Positions 9,141-19,472 of a stretch of 64,000 nt of DNA are shown in pieces. Every line of letters begins with the position of its first letter. Position 1 is the stretch's first letter. The notes beneath the pieces were generated by a model, which saw only the letters and a list, made by a program, of their open reading frames with translations, was not told the origin of the DNA and made no database searches. The position numbers and the translations under genes were made by a program. The DNA is from Candidatus Cloacimonadales bacterium (GTDB taxonomy: Bacteria; Cloacimonadota; Cloacimonadia; Cloacimonadales; JAIOQZ01), in NCBI GenBank assembly GCA_963665815.1, contig OY762463.1, forward strand, positions 1,664,001 to 1,728,000. The letters are read 5' to 3'.

Positions 9141-9335
9141 CTATCTGGAATCCGCAGTTTTTTTTATGAGCTACTACGCCTGAAATTTAGTCAAGAAATT
9201 TCACTTTTTCTGACATTTCAATCTGATATGAAATTAAATATCTGATCAATCCTCTACCACCATTCCGTAGATGTTTCCGATTTCTTAGTCGGAAACTGAG
9301 TGTTTATTCCTGAAATAACGAGAAAAATCAGTCAT

Positions 9336-10061
9336 CTATGATTTCATAATACTTGCTTTAGGCATATCAAACAAATCGGCCTCAAGAACAATATTACTTT
9401 TTAATGATGTTAAAGCATATGTTTGCACTTTTCCGGTTGATAAGTTTGATATCTTAGTGTCATGAGCTCTCATTATCCCGTTAATCTCTTTATAATCACC
9501 GTATTCTGTAAGAACCGTTTCACCAGTTCCCCATTCTTTTTCCTGAGTAAGCATAAATGTTTCAGCATCGAATGATTTCTCTATTCTCTTGTTTGTCAGC
9601 CTGTTTGTAATCAGCACTTTGAGGTTCTTCTTGCCATCAATAAATGTAATACCTTCAAAGTCTACTGTGAAGTCTTTGTTATCCTGATCCAGATGTTTAT
9701 ATTCATTCATTGCTTCCCGGACTTTTCTGGAATTTTCTTCAGAGTCATCAAATTCAGTGATATCCCCATTTACATATTGCCATATTTCTTCACCTGTGTC
9801 ACCCGATTCAAAATAGAGCTCGTCCTCAAAATAGTACTCTTTTCTGTTGTAACTGGGAATCTTGTTCCATTCCTTAACAACATAAGTATCTGAATCTCCG
9901 GACATTTCCGACTCGGTATATGTGTTGATTTCGTCAAGCAAAGCATCCAGACCACCCAAAGCTTCAGCATTTGCGTAAAGAACATCGTAACCACTGAGTT
10001 CTCGAACATTCTCTTTTATTTTCTGGATGGATTCTATTCCATTTATAGCACTTAATTCCAT
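9336..10061 (-). CDS. Hypothetical protein (LolA/lipoprotein-sorting-like fold possible)
   Basis: 241-aa ORF with AGGAG RBS; EALGG.D.L and YGDYKEINGIM motifs; no clear signal peptide. Confidence 0.55.
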   Translation of the reverse strand: MELSAINGIESIQKIKENVRELSGYDVLYANAEALGGLDALLDEINTYTESEMSGDSDTYVVKEWNKIPSYNRKEYYFEDELYFESGDTGEEIWQYVNGDITEFDDSEENSRKVREAMNEYKHLDQDNKDFTVDFEGITFIDGKKNLKVLITNRLTNKRIEKSFDAETFMLTQEKEWGTGETVLTEYGDYKEINGIMRAHDTKISNLSTGKVQTYALTSLKSNIVLEADLFDMPKASIMKS

Positions 10062-10151
10062 AGTAACTCCTGCTGTATTATCGAATAAACGGGATAATTC
10101 TTTACAGATTAAATTAAAATTAATATATGGAATTAAATTTAAGAGGTAATT

Positions 10152-11402
10152 ATGTCAAAATATAAGTTGATTTTTGTTATACTTTTCATTTCAGCTTTTT
10201 GCTCAGCTGATATTCTTATCCCTATGGATAATACTCAAACAGATCACCTAAAAGCCTATGGAGTTGCCTTTAAAGCATTGAAGAACCATAGAACCGTCAA
10301 ATGGCTGTTGAACTATAGAGGAGGTTCATTTCTGGTTGAAGCAGGAAGCGATGAGATAAATGACTGCAAAATCAACGGAGTATTATACAATAGTATATCT
10401 CAGTCTGAAATCGGGCAGATAATGCTTGAAATAGAACAATCAAATATGGAGTCTGTGCTTCTTGAAAAAGAACCCAGAATAGCTGTTTATACTCCACCTA
10501 CAAGTCAACCCTGGGATGATGCTGTTACACTTGTACTTAAATATGCCGATATAGAATACGACACTGTCTGGGATAGAGAAGTCCTGGAAGATAAACTGAA
10601 CGATTACGACTGGATTCACCTTCATCACGAAGATTTCACAGGTCAATATGGTAAATTCTATGCAAGTTTCAGGAATTACCAATGGTATAAGGATGAAGTA
10701 GCAACAAATGAAAAAATAGCTTCAGAACTTGGTTTTGATTCTGTCTGGAAGCTTAAACATGCAGTTGCTGAAAAAATTAGATCTTATGTTGTTGGTGGTG
10801 GATTCCTCTTTGCCATGTGTGCAGCTACAGACACATATGATATTGCTCTATCAGCCAAAGATGTTGATATATGTGAATCTGTATATGATAATTCCGGAGT
10901 TGACCCCAATTATCCTGCAAAACTGGATTTTGACAGGACTTTTGCTTTTACCGACTTCTCTCTGGAAACAAGTCCTATGGTATATGAGTTCTCTTCAATA
11001 GACGGTTCTGATTACGCAAAAATCAGGGGAGCAGAAGAAGACTATTTCGTATTGTTTGATTTTTCTGCAAAGTATGATCAGATTCCGACTATGCTGACAC
11101 AAAACCATACTGAATACATAAATGGATTTCTGGGACAAACAACCTCATTCATCAAGAAGTACATTAAAAAAAGTGTTATCATCATGGGTGATGTTCCTGA
11201 ATCAGAAGAAGCAAAATATATTCATGGTAACATCGGGAAAGGGACATTCACGTTTTATGGTGGTCATGATCCGGAAGATTATCAGCATAAAGTTGGAGAT
11301 CCCCCAACAGTACTGGATCTGCATAAAAATTCACCGGGCTACAGATTAATCCTGAATAATGTTCTTTTTCCTGCAGCCCAGAAAAAGAAACTTAAAACCT
11401 GA
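10152..11402 (+). CDS. Conserved exported protein with a class I glutamine amidotransferase-like fold (often auto-annotated 'asparagine synthetase B')
   Basis: Signal peptide; ILIPMD..QTDHLKAYG, WIHLHHEDFTGQYGKFY, GFLFAMCAATD, GHDPEDYQH. Confidence 0.75.
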   Translation: MSKYKLIFVILFISAFCSADILIPMDNTQTDHLKAYGVAFKALKNHRTVKWLLNYRGGSFLVEAGSDEINDCKINGVLYNSISQSEIGQIMLEIEQSNMESVLLEKEPRIAVYTPPTSQPWDDAVTLVLKYADIEYDTVWDREVLEDKLNDYDWIHLHHEDFTGQYGKFYASFRNYQWYKDEVATNEKIASELGFDSVWKLKHAVAEKIRSYVVGGGFLFAMCAATDTYDIALSAKDVDICESVYDNSGVDPNYPAKLDFDRTFAFTDFSLETSPMVYEFSSIDGSDYAKIRGAEEDYFVLFDFSAKYDQIPTMLTQNHTEYINGFLGQTTSFIKKYIKKSVIIMGDVPESEEAKYIHGNIGKGTFTFYGGHDPEDYQHKVGDPPTVLDLHKNSPGYRLILNNVLFPAAQKKKLKT

Positions 11403-11415
11403 GACCTTTGCATAA
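11401..11415. mobile_element. Solo MITE/IS5-like terminal inverted repeat
   Basis: GAGACCTTTGCATAA matches the ends of the elements at 46845, 47326 and 59966. Confidence 0.55.
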
Positions 11416-11457
11416 CCGCAATTTTAATTACTCCAGTTATCCAAAAGCCTCATTCGT

Positions 11458-12105
11458 TTAATCCAATTGCAACAATACGGAAGGAGATGCAGCTATCATT
11501 TCTGCTCCGCTTTTCTGCAGAACAAGAGCTGATCTATATCCCCAGCTTACTCCGATTCTGTGAATACCGACATTCATACCAGTTTTCATGTCAACATCAG
11601 AATCACCAACCATTGCACTTACTTCTTTATCAAGAGAATGTGAGTTGAAAAAATCATCCAGAAACTGTGAATCCGGCTTTGGTCTGAATCCCTTCTGATG
11701 TCCGTATACACCTTTTAGAAAAGGAGTCAGTTTCGCCTGTTTTACCAGATTAACAGTAAACGCATGCGGTTTATTGGAATAAATATAAACCTGTTTACCT
11801 CTTGTGTACAACTCTTTAACTACCATTTCCATACCCGGATAAACCTTAGATCTCACAAAAAGATTTCTCGAATACAAATCTCTGTACTTTTCCATTAATA
11901 CTGCAGCTTCAACCTTAACTCCTGTAACCTCTATAATGTTCTCAATCAGAGGCATAAGCCCTTTTCCCACTCCAAGTCTTACAGTTTCAATTGAAACAGG
12001 TTCCACCTCATAAGTCTTAAGCACTTCGTTCATACAATAAGTCAGATCAGCAAGTGTATCTACAATAGTTCCATCCAGATCAAAAAAGAAGTTATTGATT
12101 TTCAT
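11458..12105 (-). CDS. HAD-family phosphatase (phosphoglycolate phosphatase-like)
   Basis: FDLDGT, SNK, KP, MVGDSDVD, GVSWGY. Confidence 0.9.
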   Translation of the reverse strand: MKINNFFFDLDGTIVDTLADLTYCMNEVLKTYEVEPVSIETVRLGVGKGLMPLIENIIEVTGVKVEAAVLMEKYRDLYSRNLFVRSKVYPGMEMVVKELYTRGKQVYIYSNKPHAFTVNLVKQAKLTPFLKGVYGHQKGFRPKPDSQFLDDFFNSHSLDKEVSAMVGDSDVDMKTGMNVGIHRIGVSWGYRSALVLQKSGAEMIAASPSVLLQLD

Positions 12106-12108
12106 ACA

Positions 12109-13377
12109 TTATCCTTCGTTGAGTATTTCGGATATAGTGTAGAGAGATCCGGTTACTACAATAATATCATCGCTGGCTGCATTAGCAACTGCTGCCTCTT
12201 TTGCTTCCTGAACATTGTTTGTCACGAAGAACGGTAATCCTGCTTTCTCAACAATTTCTACCTGATCCTGAATTTCAGCAGCTCTGTTAGATTTGTTCTT
12301 ACTGATAAAGAATTTTTCACCTATTTCACACATAGCACTAATCATTTTATCAATCTTCTTGTCTCTGAGAATTGCCAGAACAAATGTTATTTTCTTGTCC
12401 GGGAAGAGTTTTTTAAGGTTATCAACAAGACGGAAAACACCTTCTTCATTATGAGCCCCATCAAGAAGGACAAGAGGTGTCTTCTGAATAATCTGCATCC
12501 TGCCTTTCCATGTAACTTCTTCCAGACCTTTTCTGATCAGGCTGATGTTTTCTTCTATATCATGATTCGCAGCGTATTCAATAAAGGCAGTAATAGCCAG
12601 TCCGGCATTCAATGCCTGATGTTCACCGAGAAGTCCAACTCTTACATCTTTCATTGTAATACCGTTATAAGAATAATCAAACAATGTGCTATGAAGATCA
12701 ACTCGAATATTACTTACTGTGTAATCTATATCAGGCTGGATAAGCTCTGCACTTCTCTGTTGACAGACTTCTTTGATAACGTCAACAGCTTCAACAGGAA
12801 GATAACCAATTATAACCTTTTGATTTTCCTTAATGATTCCCGCTTTTTCAAAAGCAATTTTTTCTATTGTATCTCCCAGACTTTTAGGATGATCAATTGA
12901 GATACTTGTGATAACTGAGACATCGGCGTTAAACGGATTTGTTCCATCGAGACGTCCACCGAGACCTACCTCGAAAATAGCAGTGTCGACTTCCTGCTCC
13001 AGAAGATAATAAAATGCCAGAGCGGTAGTAATCTCAAAGAAAGATGCTTCGTTCTTCTGAAGTACATCTTCCCATTTATTGTATATTCTGAGAATATCTT
13101 CAAACTTGATATCCTCTTTGTTTATCCTTATTCTTTCTCTATAGTCTACGAGGTGAGGAGATGTATTCAATCCTGTCTTTAACCCATGCTCCATTGCTAA
13201 TGATTCACACATTGCTGAAGTTGAACCTTTTCCATTTGTACCTGCAACATGAATACCTTTAAGCTTCTGATCAGGATTTCCCATTTCTTTCAGAATGTTC
13301 AGCATTCTATCCAGTCCAAGTTTGACATTACCTGAGTGTCTTTCGTAGATATATTCCAGAAATTCTTTATATTCCAT
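12109..13377 (-). CDS. folC: Folylpolyglutamate synthase/dihydrofolate synthase
   Basis: HVAGTNGKGST, EVGLGGRLDGTN, DGAHN, TGSLY. Confidence 0.95.
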   Translation of the reverse strand: MEYKEFLEYIYERHSGNVKLGLDRMLNILKEMGNPDQKLKGIHVAGTNGKGSTSAMCESLAMEHGLKTGLNTSPHLVDYRERIRINKEDIKFEDILRIYNKWEDVLQKNEASFFEITTALAFYYLLEQEVDTAIFEVGLGGRLDGTNPFNADVSVITSISIDHPKSLGDTIEKIAFEKAGIIKENQKVIIGYLPVEAVDVIKEVCQQRSAELIQPDIDYTVSNIRVDLHSTLFDYSYNGITMKDVRVGLLGEHQALNAGLAITAFIEYAANHDIEENISLIRKGLEEVTWKGRMQIIQKTPLVLLDGAHNEEGVFRLVDNLKKLFPDKKITFVLAILRDKKIDKMISAMCEIGEKFFISKNKSNRAAEIQDQVEIVEKAGLPFFVTNNVQEAKEAAVANAASDDIIVVTGSLYTISEILNEG

Positions 13378-13394
13378 CTTTTCTCCTGTATATT

Positions 13395-13423
13395 AAAAAA
13401 ACCTTCAAGATAACTTGAAGGTT
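13395..13423 (-). terminator. Rho-independent terminator after the pilin-like gene
   Basis: Minus strand AACCTTCAAG-TTAT-CTTGAAGGTT followed by a T-run. Confidence 0.8.
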
Positions 13424-13440
13424 GTAAGTACTAAAAATGT

Positions 13441-13851
13441 TTATTCCAAATCAGGAATTGCATGATCCTTAAAACCGTTATGTCCAGCCCTTGGTTCATG
13501 GTTTGGGCAAACAACAGTTACTTTGTATGTCTGATTACCATATTCATCAGTAACAATCCTGCCAATAGCCTGATATTTATCACCAACACCGTTTTCAGGG
13601 CACTCATAAGTTTTCTTCAAAAAACCTGTTCTTTGCAGATCAAGCAGATCACCATTGAAATCTTCATGTCTGTCTTCCATATAATCTTTAACTGCTGCCT
13701 GTATAAGCTTCATGTTTTTAATACATTGCTCAGTATTCTCTTTTTCTTTAAGATTAAAACATCTTGGCAGTACAAGTATGAACAATAATGCTGCAAGAGC
13801 AACAATAGTTATTACTGTATACATACTGAAACCTTTATTTGATAACTGCAT
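13441..13851 (-). CDS. Type IV pilin/pseudopilin-like protein
   Basis: KG|FS prepilin-like cleavage site, hydrophobic helix, C..N...I..A motif, C-terminal CP...CPNH. Confidence 0.7.
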   Translation of the reverse strand: MQLSNKGFSMYTVITIVALAALLFILVLPRCFNLKEKENTEQCIKNMKLIQAAVKDYMEDRHEDFNGDLLDLQRTGFLKKTYECPENGVGDKYQAIGRIVTDEYGNQTYKVTVVCPNHEPRAGHNGFKDHAIPDLE

Positions 13852-13986
13852 ATGAGCTCCTATGGTTTTTCTTTTAATTCAATTTCATCCTTGATTTCCG
13901 TCAAGTTTTTTTACACATAACCTTTTTACAGCCTCAAGGGTATATGATTTTATATCAATAAAACACAGATAGTGATTACTCTAAGT

Positions 13987-14520
13987 TCACTTTTCTTTGA
14001 AAATATCATTACCTTCAGAATCTATTGCCACAATGCAAGGAAATTCCTTAAGTTTGAGTCTATATATTGCTTCAGGTCCAAGATCCGGAAATGCAATTAG
14101 ATCATTTTCGACAACACATTCGGAGAGCACAGCACTGATTCCACCAACAGCTACGAAATATACTGCTCCGAGTTCTTCGATCTCATCTATCACTTCCTGC
14201 CGTCTTTTACCTTTACCAATCATTCCGTTTACACCGTTTTCAAGAAGTATTCCGGTATACTTGTCCATTCTTGTTGACGTTGTCGGTCCTATAGAGCCAA
14301 TCACTCTTTCAGGTGGATTTGGTGTTGGTCCCGTATAGAATATTGTCTGATTCTTCAAATCGAAAGGTAATTTCTCATCATTGCGAATCATCTTTTTAAT
14401 TCTTCTGTGAGCAACATCTCTCATTGTATATACATAACCGGAAAGCAGAACATAATCTCCGACTTTCAGCATTTTAATATCTTCATCGTTAAGCGGTAAA
14501 TATATTTCAATAGGTTTCAT
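13987..14520 (-). CDS. Class I fumarate hydratase / tartrate dehydratase family, beta subunit
   Basis: RDVAHRR, GPTTSTRMD, MIGKG, DLGPEAIY; ATG 14520 overlaps the alpha-subunit stop (TAATG). Confidence 0.9.
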   Translation of the reverse strand: MKPIEIYLPLNDEDIKMLKVGDYVLLSGYVYTMRDVAHRRIKKMIRNDEKLPFDLKNQTIFYTGPTPNPPERVIGSIGPTTSTRMDKYTGILLENGVNGMIGKGKRRQEVIDEIEELGAVYFVAVGGISAVLSECVVENDLIAFPDLGPEAIYRLKLKEFPCIVAIDSEGNDIFKEK

Positions 14521-15365
14521 TATATCTCCACACTGCTGTGTCTTGCTGCATGACATTGCAGGTTAATAGCTAAAGGCATTGAAGCAATATGACATGATTC
14601 TGCCATGATTTTAACTCCAATAGCAGTTGTATTTCCACCAAGTCCCTGTGGACCTGTTCCGGTATCATTTATTTCTTTCAGTAATCGTTCTTCAAGCTTA
14701 TTCCATTTATCATCAGGATTTTCATCATACAGATCTCTCAGCAAAGCCTTTTTTGCCAGAAGAGCACAATAATCAATTGTTCCCCCGATACCAATACCAA
14801 CAATCAATGGAGCACAGGCATTAGCAGCATTCTTCTTTACATGCTCAACAACAAATTCAACAATTTGATCTTCCTTAATATCAACCGGCATCATTTTAAC
14901 ACAGCTTACATTCTCAGAACCTGCCCCTTTATTCAGAACAGTTATTTTCAGATCTCTGCCCTCTGCAATATCTGTATAGATTATTGCAGGAGTGTTAGTT
15001 CCTGTGTTTTTTCTATCGAAAAGAGGATCTTTTACAATAGATTTCCTCAAATAAAACTCATCATAAGCTTCCTGAACTCCATCCTGAATAGCTTTATTCA
15101 ATACACCGCCTGTGATATGGACATCACTGCCCATCTCAACAAAAACAATTACAATACCGGTATCCTGACATAACGGGATACGTTTATCTACAGCTACTTT
15201 GTGATTTTTAAGAATCAGCTCAAGTATATGCTTTGCTCTGTCATTGGTCTCCTTCTCTGCAAATTCCTTTAATTTACTGCGGACATCAGCATTAACATGA
15301 AAGTTTGCCCGGAAACACATTTCCTTAACGTTTTCCTTTATTGTGATGCAATCAATTTTTCTCAT
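14520..15365 (-). CDS. Class I fumarate hydratase / tartrate dehydratase family, alpha subunit
   Basis: PLCQDTG, KGAGSEN, GPQGLGG, CHIAS.P, QCHAARH; start probably ATG 15365. Confidence 0.9.
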   Translation of the reverse strand: MRKIDCITIKENVKEMCFRANFHVNADVRSKLKEFAEKETNDRAKHILELILKNHKVAVDKRIPLCQDTGIVIVFVEMGSDVHITGGVLNKAIQDGVQEAYDEFYLRKSIVKDPLFDRKNTGTNTPAIIYTDIAEGRDLKITVLNKGAGSENVSCVKMMPVDIKEDQIVEFVVEHVKKNAANACAPLIVGIGIGGTIDYCALLAKKALLRDLYDENPDDKWNKLEERLLKEINDTGTGPQGLGGNTTAIGVKIMAESCHIASMPLAINLQCHAARHSSVEI

Positions 15366-18300
15366 TTCCATTCCATTTTCCGATAAACTCAAGAATTTCA
15401 ATTGCTTTTGCAACGATCGAAACTTTTGAGCTATTCTTGTCTGCCGGTAATGTATATATAATTTTCAGAGACTTCATTGTCTCAAACTTTACCGGATATG
15501 TAAATTTTGACATTAATAATCCTATATTCTTCCTTGGTGGAAGATTCTTCAAATCATACTCTATTATAAATTGTTCATTCTTCAGCTTACAGGATTTCAT
15601 GCCTGCTTTTGCTGAAAAACATCTCAGCCTGTAAAAATTTATTGTTTCCTGAGCCGGTCCCGGAATCTCTCCGAATCTGTCATGCAGTTCCTTTTCAAGA
15701 TCATTGAACTGCTCAGGTTCGCTAAGTCCAAGCAAACGTTTATACATTTTCAGACGTACAGATTCACTTTTAATGTATTCTTCTGGGAAATAGTTATCTG
15801 TCTCTATTCTTACTCTGACTGTTTCTTCATGCTTTTCTTCTTCCCAGACAGGTTTGTTGTTTTCCATGTTTTCAACTGCCTGCTCCAAAAGTTTATAGTA
15901 GTAATTAAATCCTACAGAATTTATCACTCCACTCTGCTTTGTACCAAGCATTGTTCCGGCTCCACGCAGTTCCAGATCCCGCATGGCAATCTGATAACCT
16001 GCTCCAAGATAATCATACTCCGTAAGAGTCTCAAGCCTTTTTCGTGCCTGTTCATTCATTTTACCCGGCATGACAAGATACGCATAAGCTCTTCTGTTGG
16101 AGCGTCCAACACGACCTCTGAGCTGATAAAGCTGTGCCAGTCCGAACATGTCAGCTCTGTTTATGATTATGGTATTAGCATTAGGTATATCAATCCCTGA
16201 TTCGATGATTGTTGATGCTATCAGCACATCAAACTTGTGATTTGAGAATGCTACCATTATAGATTCAAGCTGCTTCTCCGGCATCTGACCATGTGCAACT
16301 TCCATACTTGCATTCGGTACAAGCTTTCTCAGCTCTCTTTTAACACTGTCTATAGTCTGTACACGATTATGCAGAAAGAATATCTGACCTCCACGGTCTA
16401 TCTCTCTGTTAATTGCATCTTTTATCACTTCTTCATCATAAGGTACAACAATTGTACGTACCGGAAGCCTGGCTTTGGGTGATGTCTGAATCAGCGAAAT
16501 CTCCTTAAGTTTGGACAATGCCATTCCAAGTGTTCTCGGAATAGGAGTTGCAGACATATACAAAGTATCTACGTTGGATTTAATTTTTCTGATTTTTTCC
16601 TTATGTCTAACCCCGAATCTATGTTCTTCATCAATAATCAATAAACCAAGTTTATTGAACTGAATATCTTTGGAAAGCAGTCTGTGAGTTCCGATTGCAA
16701 TATCGACTTCACCTTTCATAATCCTGACAACATCTCTATCTATATTAGCTTTTGAGCGGAATCGACTGAACATCGCAATATTAACCGGATACTGAGCGAG
16801 ACGTTCCTTGAACACATAGTAATGCTGCTCTGCCAGTAAAGTTGTCGGAACCAGTACTACTACCTGCCAGCCACTGACAACAGCCTTGAACGCTGCCCTG
16901 ATAGCTACCTCAGTTTTACCAAAACCAACATCTCCACATAAAAGCCTTTCCATTGGTACGATTGATTCCATATCTGCTTTAATCTCATTTGTAGCTCTTT
17001 TCTGGTCAGGTGTATCCTCGTAAATGAAAGATTCTTCCATCTCAGTCTGCCAGACTGTATCTTTTTCAAACGCAACTCCTCTGCGTGATTTCCTTTCTGC
17101 ATAGAGTTTTACAATATCATCGGCTACAAGCTCAATCTGCTTTCTGGCACGGGATTTCATCTGATCCCATTTTTTACCGCCAAGCTTGTGAATTACCGGC
17201 TTGAATCCCTCATCGGATACATATTTGGAAACAAGATCAAGTTGATAAGTCGGTACATAGACCTTGTCACCACCGGCATAAGCTATTGACAGACATTCAA
17301 TTTCACTACCATCTATATTCTGAATGACCAAACCTTCATATATTCCTATACCATAATTGATATGAACAATATAGTCTCCCGGATTAAGAGATTCATAGTC
17401 CACCAGTGCTTCATTCTTGGAAAACTTTGCCTGATATTTTTTCTTTTTGTATCTGCTGAAAATCTCATGATCAGTGTATACTGCGAGTTTTGTATCCTGA
17501 TCAATGAAGCCCTTATGCAGAACACCAAGTGAGAATTTTATCTTATGAGCCAGATCCGGAATAAGTTCCTTCATCCTCTTTGACTGGCTTTTATTGTCTG
17601 ACTGAATAAATATCGTATAATCTTCTTCAATCTTTTCATTTAAATTAGTTTCGAATGCAGAAAGATCACCATGCATATTAGTCTGCGAAATATAAGGTGA
17701 TTCAATTTTATCCTGAATAGCTCTGAAGTTCTGAAATGAATTACATATAAAGAAAACTTTGTTATTCCTGAACAGCTTTGAAACAAGTGATTTACCTGCA
17801 AAAACTTTGTCCGGTTCCGGTATCAGAATTCTTCCTGTTTTCTTTGCCTTTTCCCACAGCTCTACGGTTTCATCTTCCATCTCTTTTATGTATGTATTCA
17901 CATATTGATATTCATCAAAAAATATAATGCTTTCATTGCGATCGAAATATTCATGGAAGTTCTCTGTTGTCTTGAAAAGCAATGGAATATCAACTTCAAT
18001 TCCTTCATAGAATCCACTATTGTGCACCTTGTTCCAGAGTTTTTCATCAGCTTCAATGTTCTGTATTGAGATCTCTCTCGATGGAAGGATAGTAATCTCT
18101 GCAACATCATTTCCGGTTGATCGCTGTGAACTGACATGGAATTCCCTGATGGATACAATTTCATCTCCAAAGAACTCAATTCTGTAAGGGGAATAGTGGT
18201 TCGGACTGAAAACATCTATCAATCCGCCTCTACGTGCAAAGTCACCAACTTTCGCAACCTGATACTCTGTATTATATCCGGCACTTACAAGATTAGATAC

Positions 18301-18762
18301 CAGGACATCCAGATCATACTCTTTTCCTGCTTCAAGTTTCAGTATTGTTTTACTCAGCATTTTCGCAGGAGTAATATACCTCAAGAATGCTCTCAAAGAA
18401 AGAGAATAGATTCCAGGATTACCGGACACAGCAGCAGCAAGAGTTTCAATCCTCTGAGCTCTGATAGAATAGTGAGGAGAACGTTCTTCATAAGGCAGAA
18501 CCTCAAAATCAGGCAGAAAATGAGCATTGTCTTTCCCACATAATAATGCCAGATCGTCATACAGTTCTTCAGCTAACCTGTCATCAGCACTGACCGCTAT
18601 TATGTTCTTTTCAGTTTTCTTAAACGCACGAGCCAGAACTATGGCTTTTGTAGATTTGTTTAACCCGTAAAACAAGGTTTTGTTGTTTGATATAAGCTGT
18701 TCGTTGAAAATATGCCAGAACGAAGACTTGTCTAAATATTGCTCCAGAGAATTATAAAACAT
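15352..18762 (-). CDS. mfd: Transcription-repair coupling factor
   Basis: CGDVGFGKTEVA, DEEHRFGV, SATPIPRTL, QLRGRVGRS, TRG motif; start probably ATG 18762 (GAGG RBS). Confidence 0.97.
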   Translation of the reverse strand: MFYNSLEQYLDKSSFWHIFNEQLISNNKTLFYGLNKSTKAIVLARAFKKTEKNIIAVSADDRLAEELYDDLALLCGKDNAHFLPDFEVLPYEERSPHYSIRAQRIETLAAAVSGNPGIYSLSLRAFLRYITPAKMLSKTILKLEAGKEYDLDVLVSNLVSAGYNTEYQVAKVGDFARRGGLIDVFSPNHYSPYRIEFFGDEIVSIREFHVSSQRSTGNDVAEITILPSREISIQNIEADEKLWNKVHNSGFYEGIEVDIPLLFKTTENFHEYFDRNESIIFFDEYQYVNTYIKEMEDETVELWEKAKKTGRILIPEPDKVFAGKSLVSKLFRNNKVFFICNSFQNFRAIQDKIESPYISQTNMHGDLSAFETNLNEKIEEDYTIFIQSDNKSQSKRMKELIPDLAHKIKFSLGVLHKGFIDQDTKLAVYTDHEIFSRYKKKKYQAKFSKNEALVDYESLNPGDYIVHINYGIGIYEGLVIQNIDGSEIECLSIAYAGGDKVYVPTYQLDLVSKYVSDEGFKPVIHKLGGKKWDQMKSRARKQIELVADDIVKLYAERKSRRGVAFEKDTVWQTEMEESFIYEDTPDQKRATNEIKADMESIVPMERLLCGDVGFGKTEVAIRAAFKAVVSGWQVVVLVPTTLLAEQHYYVFKERLAQYPVNIAMFSRFRSKANIDRDVVRIMKGEVDIAIGTHRLLSKDIQFNKLGLLIIDEEHRFGVRHKEKIRKIKSNVDTLYMSATPIPRTLGMALSKLKEISLIQTSPKARLPVRTIVVPYDEEVIKDAINREIDRGGQIFFLHNRVQTIDSVKRELRKLVPNASMEVAHGQMPEKQLESIMVAFSNHKFDVLIASTIIESGIDIPNANTIIINRADMFGLAQLYQLRGRVGRSNRRAYAYLVMPGKMNEQARKRLETLTEYDYLGAGYQIAMRDLELRGAGTMLGTKQSGVINSVGFNYYYKLLEQAVENMENNKPVWEEEKHEETVRVRIETDNYFPEEYIKSESVRLKMYKRLLGLSEPEQFNDLEKELHDRFGEIPGPAQETINFYRLRCFSAKAGMKSCKLKNEQFIIEYDLKNLPPRKNIGLLMSKFTYPVKFETMKSLKIIYTLPADKNSSKVSIVAKAIEILEFIGKWNGNEKN

Positions 18763-18812
18763 TGACACCTCAGTCATTATTTCATTAAGTTAAAACAAAA
18801 AATCAGGTTTAC

Positions 18813-19472
18813 ATGAACAAAAAATTATTCTCAGGAAAAATTGACAAACTCTTTTATGAAAATGTTGCACTTATCAGTGATTTTGAGTTTGAAATCGACA
18901 CAGATTCAAAGATAGTGATCTTCGGAAAAACAGGTACCGGAAAGACTTCACTACTGCATTTGTTCAATAAACTGAACACTAACTTCGAAGGGCAAATTTC
19001 TTATAAAGGGGATTCTCTCAAAGTTGTTAATCCTATTGTGCTTCGCTCTTCAATTATGGAACTTACACAACACATGCCTGCTGAGAAAATGAAGGTCAGT
19101 GATTTTATGCATATTCCATATTCATTCTGTAAGAATAAAGACAAATCTTATGATAAAATCCAGACTAATTCTCTGATAAAGAAGTTCGAGCTTCAGGAAA
19201 ATGTCTTAGAGGCTGATTTGAGTGAGCTGTCCGGTGGTGAAAGACAGAGAATCTATCTGATTCGTTTGCTGGGGCTTAAACCGCAAATGATACTGCTGGA
19301 TGAGCCATCCTCCGCTCTGGATAAAGAAATTTCCGGTATTGTATGTGAATATATTCTGAATGAATATGAAGGAGCTGTGCTCTGTATCAGTCATGATCAT
19401 GTCTGGCAGAATGCTTTTCCCGAAAAATGGGAGCTGATCAATAAACAGGTGACAAGGACGGTAGTAAAATGA
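18813..19472 (+). CDS. ABC transporter ATP-binding protein (FetA/YbbL-like)
   Basis: GKTGTGKT, LSGGERQR, LLDEP, ISHD. Confidence 0.85.
   Translation: MNKKLFSGKIDKLFYENVALISDFEFEIDTDSKIVIFGKTGTGKTSLLHLFNKLNTNFEGQISYKGDSLKVVNPIVLRSSIMELTQHMPAEKMKVSDFMHIPYSFCKNKDKSYDKIQTNSLIKKFELQENVLEADLSELSGGERQRIYLIRLLGLKPQMILLDEPSSALDKEISGIVCEYILNEYEGAVLCISHDHVWQNAFPEKWELINKQVTRTVVK

Noticed and set aside
10152-11402. True asparagine synthetase B
   Set aside because: No N-terminal Cys Ntn domain and no SGGLDS motif; it has a signal peptide.
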